Under the pieces are notes generated by a model. It did no database searches. It was not told the DNA's origin and saw only the letters and a list, made by a program, of their open reading frames with translations. From a virus (lineage: Duplodnaviria; Caudoviricetes), in the IMG/VR virus record IMGVR_UViG_3300016476_001024, positions 1 to 28,982 of that record: a stretch of 28,982 nt of DNA; one strand, given 5' to 3'. Each line of letters opens with the position of its first letter. Position 1 is the first letter of the stretch. The translations under genes were made by a program, and so were the position numbers. This document shows, piece by piece, positions 19,316 to 26,830 of this stretch.

Positions 19316-20271
19316 AGTTTTTTACCTTTCTCTTCGTACCATTCAGCAAAAGCTTGTATAACAGATTCTGGTTCAGAATTGTATACACAGCTCATAGCGT
19401 TTTCAGTGTGCGGGCACTGCTTAGGCCAGAATCCAAACTGCGTACCTGGTCCTTCTTCTGCATAGACTTGTCCTGAAAACACTTTCTCAGAAACACACGC
19501 ATACGTTCCACAATGAATTTTTGATTTTATTGGTCGGTGCCAACCTGAATGATAAAATGATGGACTATCGTATGAAGCTGGGAACACGCTTGTAACATGT
19601 ATCGTATCAACTCCTAACCCTGCGGCAGCATGTACTGGCAATCCCATAGGGCCTATATAGATATGACTGTTGTTTAGTCTTTGTAAAGAGGTTATTAAAT
19701 CCTCTCGCTCTACATCTCGCCCTAACATCATTATTTGAGCATTAACATTATTCTTAGTTAAGAAGTCTTTTAATCTTTGTAGTATCATTACCCGCATATA
19801 TTCGTTTTTAGTTTTTCTATTCCAGTCTAGCGGGCCGCTCGTAGATATAACTAACTTGTCAGTGGGTAGCTCTTTCTCAGAACCTACCGTAAATACAGTT
19901 TCGCTGTCAGTAAATAAATTATCTCTATATTTTGACAGTAAGGAGTAGTGCTGGCTTTTTGCAATACCTAAGTCACTAAACCAAGCTCTTTGTTCAACTA
20001 TTTCGTCTAACTTAGTTATGCTGGGGTCAGAAGATACTAGGGAGCCGTCCCGTCTAAGAACGCCTACGGCATCTATACCTTCTTGCATAGATATTAGTTT
20101 TAGAGCCACTCCATCATTTATATCGCTTTCGCCAGTTGTTGGTACTAACCCATCCCTAACAAAAAATGTTATGTGAGAGTCTGGAAATTTTTGCTTATAC
20201 AGCTTGGCTGTATGAGTACCTAGCAGACAGTCTCCTAGTGCTTGAGTGTTTACAATTCCTACATATTTCAT
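19303..20271 (-). CDS. GT9/heptosyltransferase-like glycosyltransferase with a C-terminal 4-Cys motif
   Basis: ALGDCL, YIGPMGLPVHAAAGLGVDTI, HCGTYAC...CPH...SC..SEPESV. Confidence 0.68.
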   Translation of the reverse strand: MKYVGIVNTQALGDCLLGTHTAKLYKQKFPDSHITFFVRDGLVPTTGESDINDGVALKLISMQEGIDAVGVLRRDGSLVSSDPSITKLDEIVEQRAWFSDLGIAKSQHYSLLSKYRDNLFTDSETVFTVGSEKELPTDKLVISTSGPLDWNRKTKNEYMRVMILQRLKDFLTKNNVNAQIMMLGRDVEREDLITSLQRLNNSHIYIGPMGLPVHAAAGLGVDTIHVTSVFPASYDSPSFYHSGWHRPIKSKIHCGTYACVSEKVFSGQVYAEEGPGTQFGFWPKQCPHTENAMSCVYNSEPESVIQAFAEWYEEKGKKLWNR

Positions 20272-21305
20272 TTATTAAATAACTTATCTGTCCAGGTTTT
20301 AGGAGTTTTATCATTAACTATTTCTAGTTCGATATGGTAGTTGAACTGTCTTAGTGGGCTAGTTTTAATCCATGTAATAGTATCGCGCACGGTATCTTCA
20401 ACTGTGTTGTGCGTGGTATAGCTTAATAAATCTTTAGCCTTATCTGTGCTAACCCATGCGTCTTTTACTTCTCTTGGTCTTTCTGGTATGTGTAGTATGT
20501 TAGGTTCTTTATTGAAATACTTGTGAACTAGTATGGCCAATTCATTAATAGTTATTTCAGAACCATCGTCTGGACCTATATTAAATACGCTATTATTTTT
20601 GATGCTTTCTCTATTGTTGTATAAGGCTACATAGGCGTCAACACAATCATCTATATGAGAAAAACTTCTCTTTTGAGCTCCATCTCCGTATACGTACACA
20701 GGTTTTTCCTGTAGAACTCTATTGGCAAATATGCTCATTACGTTTCTAAACGGGTCGCTGTAGCATTGATGTGGTCCGCACACGTTATGCGGTACCATGT
20801 GAAATACTTGTATGCCATGTATATCACTGATTAAGTTCACATGCTGCTCGGCATGCAGCTTAGCCATACCGTAAGGGTCTACTGGTGTAGGTGTGGTGTA
20901 ATCTTCTTTGAAGGGCGGCTTAGCATTTCCATACCTAGCCATAGAGCTAGTATTAATAAAAGTAGCAACTCCTGCTGATACTGCGGCACTTATTACACTA
21001 GCTGTTCCAGAGTAAATGTTCTCTACAATAGTTTTAGGGCTAAATACGCTAAGACCTTCGTGAGCTAGAGCAGCACAATGAATTACTAGTTCTGGCTTGT
21101 AAAAATTAAATATTTCAGCCAGTTTTTTGTTGTTTAGTATGTTTTCATTAAAATACACAAACATACTATTCTGCTCAGGCATATTTGTAGCATAGCCACC
21201 TATTAAATTGTCTATGCCTACTACTCTATATCCCATTTGTATAAATCGGTAGCAAAGATGACTTCCTATAAGCCCTGCACTACCTGTTATTGCTACTGTT
21301 TTCAT
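20268..21305 (-). CDS. NAD-dependent nucleotide-sugar epimerase/dehydratase (extended SDR)
   Basis: ITGSAGLIGS Rossmann motif, TSS, YGMAK (YxxxK), RSFSHIDD. Start moved to ATG 21305 because of an ATGA overlap. Confidence 0.92.
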   Translation of the reverse strand: MKTVAITGSAGLIGSHLCYRFIQMGYRVVGIDNLIGGYATNMPEQNSMFVYFNENILNNKKLAEIFNFYKPELVIHCAALAHEGLSVFSPKTIVENIYSGTASVISAAVSAGVATFINTSSMARYGNAKPPFKEDYTTPTPVDPYGMAKLHAEQHVNLISDIHGIQVFHMVPHNVCGPHQCYSDPFRNVMSIFANRVLQEKPVYVYGDGAQKRSFSHIDDCVDAYVALYNNRESIKNNSVFNIGPDDGSEITINELAILVHKYFNKEPNILHIPERPREVKDAWVSTDKAKDLLSYTTHNTVEDTVRDTITWIKTSPLRQFNYHIELEIVNDKTPKTWTDKLFNK

Positions 21306-21805
21306 TTTTCCCCGTATACACAAAAGCTGTATGCTGCGTCTCTCTCAGAGTTAAACACATTTTTAAAACCTAACTTCTTCATCTCTTCGGCTAATACCTC
21401 TGGAACTAAGTTATTTACGTGTCTGCCTGTAGGCATGAATCTAACATCCCAATACTCATTATCTGTGTGTGGTAAGTACAAAAATAGTATTCCATCGTCA
21501 TACAATGCGTCGTACCAATATTTTAGTACTTCTCTCCAGCCTTCTATATGTTCTAAGCAGTGAGAGCTGAAAATATATTCTAGCCCGCCATAGTGTGGAA
21601 GGTTTGTGGCGTGATAGCCGTCGTCAAACGACGAATCTACACAAATAGACCCTGGATAAGCCCACTCTATTCTCTTACAACCAACGTCTACACCAAGCTT
21701 GCCCTCGCCTATAATCTCTTCAGCTACAGGCATTATAAATCTAGAATGATGCCCATGACTTATAAAGTCAGGATAGTCTCTACCTCTAAATGATAATGTT
21801 TTCAC
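21302..21805 (-). CDS. Class I SAM-dependent methyltransferase
   Basis: GVDVGC motif I, YIFSSHCLEH, GILFLYLPH. Confidence 0.82.
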   Translation of the reverse strand: MKTLSFRGRDYPDFISHGHHSRFIMPVAEEIIGEGKLGVDVGCKRIEWAYPGSICVDSSFDDGYHATNLPHYGGLEYIFSSHCLEHIEGWREVLKYWYDALYDDGILFLYLPHTDNEYWDVRFMPTGRHVNNLVPEVLAEEMKKLGFKNVFNSERDAAYSFCVYGEK

Positions 21806-22368
21806 TTTAGCACCTTACATAAAATTACTTCGCCCTGACCTATCCAAGACATAAAGTAACGTTTAACTATTTCAATCTTACCAGCTAATTTTAACTCATT
21901 TATAGCTTGGTCTATGCCGTTAGGATGCGACTCAATAACGTCATCATATACTAACCAGTCTGCTCCATAACTTATAGATAGTAAACTATCACTTAGTGCA
22001 GCACGATAAGAATGCTCGCCGTCAATAAAAGATATATCTACTTTTGGAACGTCTAGCTCTTTTGCATCTGCAGAAGTGCTATCCCCTATCCACCACTCTA
22101 CTCGTTTGCTAGAGTAATGATTGGCAGTAGCTTTTATTGCTGGAAGGGTGTCAGCATGATAACCTATGTCTAAAACTATGAGGTGGTCAATTCCACTCTC
22201 TAACCAAGTAGAGGCACTATATCCTATATTAAAACCTATTTCTAGCATAGTCTTAGCATCGGTTACGCTGAGTATGTCCTGAGCTACGTCAATACAATCA
22301 GTAGTACTCCAATATCCTTCTATAGATTTAAAGTTCTTTAGGTGTTCATAGTATAAAGCATTAGACAT
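21802..22368 (-). CDS. Class I SAM-dependent (O-)methyltransferase
   Basis: LEIGFNIGYSA motif I, GDS, FIDGEHSY, VYDD. Confidence 0.85.
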   Translation of the reverse strand: MSNALYYEHLKNFKSIEGYWSTTDCIDVAQDILSVTDAKTMLEIGFNIGYSASTWLESGIDHLIVLDIGYHADTLPAIKATANHYSSKRVEWWIGDSTSADAKELDVPKVDISFIDGEHSYRAALSDSLLSISYGADWLVYDDVIESHPNGIDQAINELKLAGKIEIVKRYFMSWIGQGEVILCKVLK

Positions 22369-23062
22369 TGTAAGACTCCCAAATACTGTTCCAATCTACT
22401 AGTGGGGTTGCATGATGGTCTGTCATATGACTGGCTAGTCCTGGCATAGGACTAATGCATGGTATTTGTTTAAATATATCTTCAAACACTTTGTCATTAC
22501 TAGTAGGCGCACTTCTTATAAGCTCTGGCATTATATCTAGCCATCTTCTACCTAGTGCAGCCACAGTCATAGTACAGCTATCAATAGTTCTCCAATGTCT
22601 ATCCTTACCTAACACTATATAGGAAGGCACTGGTTGAACATACCTATCTGGATAATCATAGCTAACAGCAAAATTAGGCCACATAGCTAGAGTATCTTGC
22701 ATTACTCTAATAGCATTTGGAGTATGTAAGTAATCATCTTCTACAATATAATGTAATTCAGCTGGAAACTCTTCACATTTAGTTCTTAATACGTCTACTA
22801 GTGTTACTGTATGCTGATGATAAGACCAGTCATGTTCAGGAACTTCTATAAAACTTACTTCAGTTTTAGAAGTATTCTCTAGCCATATTAAGGTATCTTC
22901 ACTAACTGAATCGTGTATAACTATAATATGATCTGTTTCATTTACACTTTCTTGTAATGAAAGCCAACATTTCTTTAGTATTGTAGTTTTACTAGTATCT
23001 TTAAATCTTTTGACATAGCTTATAGTCTCTTGTTTCTCACAAGCTCTAAAATATATAAACAA
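22361..23062 (-). CDS. GT-A fold glycosyltransferase-like protein
   Basis: YIVEDDYLH motif and late PGLASH; TTG start with GGAG RBS 6 nt upstream. Confidence 0.65.
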   Translation of the reverse strand: MFIYFRACEKQETISYVKRFKDTSKTTILKKCWLSLQESVNETDHIIVIHDSVSEDTLIWLENTSKTEVSFIEVPEHDWSYHQHTVTLVDVLRTKCEEFPAELHYIVEDDYLHTPNAIRVMQDTLAMWPNFAVSYDYPDRYVQPVPSYIVLGKDRHWRTIDSCTMTVAALGRRWLDIMPELIRSAPTSNDKVFEDIFKQIPCISPMPGLASHMTDHHATPLVDWNSIWESYNV

Positions 23063-23080
23063 TTATAACTCCATATAAAT

Positions 23081-23105
23081 AAAAAAGCCCTTAGTAGTTA
23101 AGGGC
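23081..23105 (-). terminator. Intrinsic terminator downstream of the bS21 gene
   Basis: GCCCTTA-ACTAC-TAAGGGC followed by TTTTTT. Confidence 0.75.
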
Positions 23106-23118
23106 CTTATTATGTTTT

Positions 23119-23147
23119 ATAATATATGCTAACGGGGTACCATGCAA
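23119..23147 (-). promoter_or_regulatory. Putative sigma70 promoter at the head of the glycosylation cluster
   Basis: TTGCAT-17 bp-TATTAT with the same A/T-rich upstream context as the other promoters in this window. Confidence 0.55.
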
Positions 23148-23155
23148 GAATTATT

Positions 23156-23416
23156 TTAATTTTTTTGCTTACCGCTTGATTTTTGATTTGAGTTTCTTAT
23201 TGGCAATTCCTTAGACAATCTTTCATTAATGATTCGAAGTTTCTTTTTTGTCCTAGCCGTATTACGAACTTTGTCTTCTCTACGTTTTTCGCCTTTGCTC
23301 TTGAAAAACTCTTTTTCTTTTACCTCTTGGTAATGTCCTTCTTTGCTGAGTTTTCTCATCAGAACTTTATATGTTCTCAATGGGTCTCCACCATATTTTT
23401 TAGTTTTTAGTTGCAT
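23156..23416 (-). CDS. rpsU: Phage-encoded ribosomal protein bS21 homolog (divergent)
   Basis: LRTYKVLMRKLSKEGHYQEVKEKEFFKSKGEKRRE matches the S21 pattern ALRxFKRKxxKEGxxxExxxREFYEKPxxxR; highly basic, 86 aa. Confidence 0.75.
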   Translation of the reverse strand: MQLKTKKYGGDPLRTYKVLMRKLSKEGHYQEVKEKEFFKSKGEKRREDKVRNTARTKKKLRIINERLSKELPIRNSNQKSSGKQKN

Positions 23417-23664
23417 TAATCATTCCCTATTCCTGAGTTTCTTGCCCAATTCAATATTATGTCTAAAGGTTGTTTACCTTTAAGTAAATATCCTTCTTTT
23501 CCAGCTTTTCTAATTAAAAAGGTAGGTACAGTAGTTATAGGCATAGAGCCTGTGTATTCTGCAATATCTTGCATAACTACTTGATAACCTTTATCTATTA
23601 AATAATCCGAAGTTTTAGCTGTATATTTCTGTAACTGTTCATTGTATATTATTATTATTTCCAT
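23416..23664 (-). CDS. Thioredoxin/glutaredoxin-like small protein with no cysteine
   Basis: ITTVPTFLI cis-Pro-like motif and LKGKQP; start set to ATG 23664, which has a GAGG RBS. Confidence 0.5.
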   Translation of the reverse strand: MEIIIIYNEQLQKYTAKTSDYLIDKGYQVVMQDIAEYTGSMPITTVPTFLIRKAGKEGYLLKGKQPLDIILNWARNSGIGND

Positions 23665-23685
23665 TTTATTCCTCAAGTTGTATTC

Positions 23686-23713
23686 AGTATACTATAACTT
23701 TGCTGAGTGTCAA
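23686..23713 (-). promoter_or_regulatory. Putative sigma70 promoter, leftward
   Basis: TTGACA-16 bp-TATACT with A/T tract upstream. Confidence 0.7.
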
Positions 23714-23775
23714 TTTAAAAAATTTTATAAGTCTGTTGCCCTTACAAGTAAGAAGCATATGCTTTTATTTTTATC

Positions 23776-23805
23776 TTGCTCAGAGGTTGTTAATTTGATT
23801 ATATA
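23776..23805 (+). promoter_or_regulatory. Possible sigma70 promoter, rightward
   Basis: TTGCTC-18 bp-TATATA with T-rich upstream; GAGG RBS before ATG 23835. Confidence 0.4.
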
Positions 23806-23834
23806 TAGTTATACTTAACCAAAAAGAGGAAAAA

Positions 23835-24164
23835 ATGAGCAAACTAACACCTTTTGATATTGAATTTTTTGAAATGAGTGCAATGCTAGCTAGTGAAATA
23901 ACAGAACAAAGTAAGAAAAGCTTAGTAAAAACCTTACTTAAGCTTAATAATCCTACTTATTTTTATAAACACGTAAAACGCCACCCAATTGAGTTACACG
24001 GATTTAGCGCTCATAAAACTATTAACCCAGTATTATCAGCTATAGGTTCAATGATTAATATTCTTAAGACAGAAAATAACTCAGAGTTGCTTCAAAAAAA
24101 GCTGCAAACGGAGTTTGCTTGGGCGTTTAACAATTATCCAAAATACACCACTGTCAATTTGTAA
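23835..24164 (+). CDS. Hypothetical protein
   Basis: 109-aa ORF with AAGAGG RBS; first gene after the strand switch. Confidence 0.7.
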   Translation: MSKLTPFDIEFFEMSAMLASEITEQSKKSLVKTLLKLNNPTYFYKHVKRHPIELHGFSAHKTINPVLSAIGSMINILKTENNSELLQKKLQTEFAWAFNNYPKYTTVNL

Positions 24165-24173
24165 TTTTTTATT

Positions 24174-24202
24174 TTGACAAAAATGAGTGCTTCTCGTATA
24201 CT
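24174..24202 (+). promoter_or_regulatory. Near-consensus sigma70 promoter
   Basis: TTGACA-17 bp-TATACT with T-rich upstream element. Confidence 0.85.
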
Positions 24203-24228
24203 GGTAGGGAGGGGCCGGAGATACCATA

Positions 24229-24555
24229 ATGGAAGACTTATCCAGTATACGAGAAGAGATACGCCAGTTACATGAGCGTTCTCAAAATACCAAAACTGAA
24301 GTAAAAGTACTTCAGACAAAATTTGATGAAAGACACATAGCACTAATGGAGAAGATGGAAAAGCTGGCCACAGACGTAGAGCGCTTAAACTCTAGATTTG
24401 ACTCCGAAATGGGTTCTCTTCTTGAAAAAATAGATCAGTTAAATCAGCTAGCAAATCAGGGTAAAACTAGCTTAAGAACATTATGGTTTATTGGAGGCTT
24501 ATTTGCAGCAACTGGAGCTGCTCTAGCTACTTGGTCAGACTTATTATTCAAATAA
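24229..24555 (+). CDS. Coiled-coil protein with one C-terminal transmembrane segment
   Basis: Heptad-rich N-terminus, then LWFIGGLFAATGAALATW; GGAG RBS. Confidence 0.75.
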   Translation: MEDLSSIREEIRQLHERSQNTKTEVKVLQTKFDERHIALMEKMEKLATDVERLNSRFDSEMGSLLEKIDQLNQLANQGKTSLRTLWFIGGLFAATGAALATWSDLLFK

Positions 24556-24556
24556 T

Positions 24557-24928
24557 ATGTCAATACAATTAATAGATAAAATTAAGGACATACTAATATC
24601 TACTCCTCTAGATATATACTCTGAGAGTTCAGATACTATAAACGAAGCTAACTTCGAACTAGTTAGCTCTCGCTTCTCAGAAGATAAACTATCTCAGGAA
24701 GATAGGTATATCGGCAGTGCTAATATGTTTATAGCAGCTAGTTTAGTATGTTACGATTACTTTGACTTTACTACTATTGATGAACTATCCGAGGAACAGC
24801 TCGATGAGTTTTATTTAGTGTGGAAAGATGTAATAGACGAGCTTAAAAAAGAAAGATTTATAAGAGAGATTGGACCACTATCTAAGAGCAGTATAAAGGT
24901 AGTGGTAGATAACACGAAGTCGCCTTAA
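24557..24928 (+). CDS. Acidic hypothetical protein
   Basis: 123-aa ORF starting 1 nt after the previous stop codon. Confidence 0.7.
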   Translation: MSIQLIDKIKDILISTPLDIYSESSDTINEANFELVSSRFSEDKLSQEDRYIGSANMFIAASLVCYDYFDFTTIDELSEEQLDEFYLVWKDVIDELKKERFIREIGPLSKSSIKVVVDNTKSP

Positions 24929-24969
24929 AGGGACTTCAAATTCTTGCTATAATAGGAGAAAAGCAGATG
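24916..24969 (+). promoter_or_regulatory. ROSE-like RNA thermometer in the hsp20 leader
   Basis: Hairpin GAAGTC..GACTTC (24916-24937), then TTCTTGCTA-TAA-TAGGAGAA (24941-24960), where the UUGCU motif pairs with the AGGAG RBS leaving a bulged G. Confidence 0.6.
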
Positions 24970-25362
24970 ACTAATTTAACACCATATGACCCATTTTTTA
25001 TTGGTTTTGAAGATTTACTATCAAAACTCAATAGTAAAGCTTCGGTCAATTTCCCGCCTTATAATTTGTATAAAGAAAGTGATACTTCTTATGGGATAGA
25101 GCTGGCAGTAGCTGGATATTCAAAAGAGGAGATTTCAGTATCGCTAGGAAACGGGGTGTTAGAGGTATCTGGCACAAAAAAACCAGAAGACTCTAAAAAA
25201 TATATTCACAAAGGAATTAGCTCAAAATCGTTTTCTAGAACTTTCACAGTAGCTGATACTATAGAAGTTACTAGTGCGGCATACCAAGACGGTATACTAA
25301 AGATAACACTCGCAAATAAAGTTCCAGAAACCAAGAAAGTAAAAGCAATACCTGTAAGTTAA
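24967..25362 (+). CDS. Small heat shock protein (Hsp20/IbpA-like)
   Basis: IGFE, NFPPYN, IELAVAGY, YIHKGIS..SFSRTF, A.YQDGILKI, C-terminal IPV (IxI motif). Confidence 0.95.
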   Translation: MTNLTPYDPFFIGFEDLLSKLNSKASVNFPPYNLYKESDTSYGIELAVAGYSKEEISVSLGNGVLEVSGTKKPEDSKKYIHKGISSKSFSRTFTVADTIEVTSAAYQDGILKITLANKVPETKKVKAIPVS

Positions 25363-25370
25363 TTAGGTAG

Positions 25371-25403
25371 GGGCCGAGAGAGCGTTTGCTCTCTCGGTTC
25401 TTT
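25371..25403 (+). terminator. Intrinsic terminator after hsp20
   Basis: GGGCCGAGAGAGC-GTTT-GCTCTCTCGGTTC stem (with G-U pairs) followed by a T-rich tract. Confidence 0.75.
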
Positions 25404-25434
25404 AAATTTTTTGTATTGCCAAATTAAATTTAAT

Positions 25435-26130
25435 ATGTTAACATATAATCAATGTAAAGACTTTAGAAATATAGACCGGCCTAGCGGTAGAGTGTACGAC
25501 GTTCCCGCAGGGCTGTTTCCTAGCGTTACTACAGTTTTAAAAGCAACTGCCAATATGAGTGGTATTGATGCTTGGAGAGCTAAAGTAGGCGAGGAAGAAG
25601 CAGATAGAATTCTTGAGGCGGCATCCTTGAGAGGGACGATACTACACAAATATTTAGAAGATTTTTTAATAGAGTATTCTAAACCTACAATAGAGGATGC
25701 CCGCCACTTTATTAAACATAGTGGCTTAGAAAACGAACCACTATTCATACAACAAATGGTAAAATCTATAATGAAGCAGCTATTGCTTCACAAATATGAG
25801 AGTTTAGCTCAAGAATTTGTTGTGTGGGATGACGAACTTAAATTTGCCGGGCGCTGTGATAACTTAGGTTATTGGATGGGTAAACTTACACTAGTAGATT
25901 TTAAAACTGCAAGAAAAGAAAAACCTTTGGCGTATGTGAAAGATTATTTTCTTCAGGCTACTGCGTATTGCAAAGCCCATAATAGGATGTTTCCTGAGCA
26001 GGTAAATAGATTTGTCATTATGATTGCAAATGAACAGGGAGGATTCCAATTATTTACAGGAACGCCAAAAACATATATACCCGACTTGCGCTACAGGGTA
26101 AAAAAGTTCTATGAACAAAAAACGTATTAG
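25435..26130 (+). CDS. PD-(D/E)XK exonuclease (phage RecB-like)
   Basis: FPSVTTVL, WRAKVGEEEA, RGTILH, AGRCD, VDFKT, YFLQATAY. Start uncertain; ATG 25435 preferred over TTG 25411. Confidence 0.85.
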   Translation: MLTYNQCKDFRNIDRPSGRVYDVPAGLFPSVTTVLKATANMSGIDAWRAKVGEEEADRILEAASLRGTILHKYLEDFLIEYSKPTIEDARHFIKHSGLENEPLFIQQMVKSIMKQLLLHKYESLAQEFVVWDDELKFAGRCDNLGYWMGKLTLVDFKTARKEKPLAYVKDYFLQATAYCKAHNRMFPEQVNRFVIMIANEQGGFQLFTGTPKTYIPDLRYRVKKFYEQKTY

Positions 26131-26830
26131 ACAAGTAGAACCCAAGAATAAAAAACAAAAAGAGTTTTTGAATGCTATTGCAGAGCTGCCAGTAGTTTTT
26201 GCAGTAGGAAGCGCCGGAAGTGGTAAGACTTTCTTAGCTGCATCACAAGCATACCATTATTTATCTTTTGACTTTGTTGACAGAATAGTAATAGTAAGAC
26301 CAGCTATAGCTACGGAAGATTTAGGGTATCTTCCAGGCGACATGAAAGAAAAATTAGACCCTTATCTGTTGCCGCTAATGGATGCTTTTAGTGACTTATC
26401 TAATCCCAAAATGGTACAAGATCTTGTTCACGAGGGTGCAATAGAGGTCGCTGCCCTAGCTTTTATGAGAGGTAGAACGTTTAATAACGCCTTTATAATT
26501 CTAGACGAAGCCCAGAACACTACAATAGACCAAATGAAAATGTTTTTAACAAGATTTGGTGAAAATGTGAAAGTAGTGATAACCGGAGATCCCACTCAAA
26601 GTGATATTACGGGTGAAAACGGATTACAGTGGGCAGTCAAGCGATTAAAAAATTGTAGAAGTGTGGCTGTTATACATTATGAAAATAAAGATGTAGTAAG
26701 AAGCGCTCTTGTTAGAGATATACTACATCACCTAGAGAAAAATGATAAGAACAGTAACGATTTACCCAATAGTGAGGAAAATATCATCAGAGACCTTCCA
26801 AGCTTTATTACAGGAGCCGTTGACGCCTGA
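26111..26830 (+). CDS. phoH: PhoH-family ATPase
   Basis: GSAGSGKT, RPA, LGYLPG, FMRGRTF, DEAQN, TRFG, GDPTQSD, VVRS. Confidence 0.95.
   Translation: MNKKRIRQVEPKNKKQKEFLNAIAELPVVFAVGSAGSGKTFLAASQAYHYLSFDFVDRIVIVRPAIATEDLGYLPGDMKEKLDPYLLPLMDAFSDLSNPKMVQDLVHEGAIEVAALAFMRGRTFNNAFIILDEAQNTTIDQMKMFLTRFGENVKVVITGDPTQSDITGENGLQWAVKRLKNCRSVAVIHYENKDVVRSALVRDILHHLEKNDKNSNDLPNSEENIIRDLPSFITGAVDA

Noticed and set aside
735-21793. Plus-strand ORFs in the track (e.g. 735-971, 6290-6625, 11553-12005, 15456-15857, 21237-21563)
   Set aside because: They lie antisense to well-supported minus-strand genes, show no motifs and look like shadow frames.
16514-23062. Bacterial chromosomal LPS/capsule locus
   Set aside because: Flanked by and continuous with phage genes, and lacks export, polymerase or housekeeping genes.
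25416-25444. Promoter-like TTGCCA-17-TAACAT after the hsp20 terminator
   Set aside because: It overlaps the preferred ATG at 25435 and would require a later GTG start (25492) with a poor RBS; unresolved, so not listed as a feature.
25435-26130. Cas4 / CRISPR-associated interpretation of the nuclease
   Set aside because: No C-terminal three-cysteine Fe-S motif, and no repeat-spacer array or cas genes seen.
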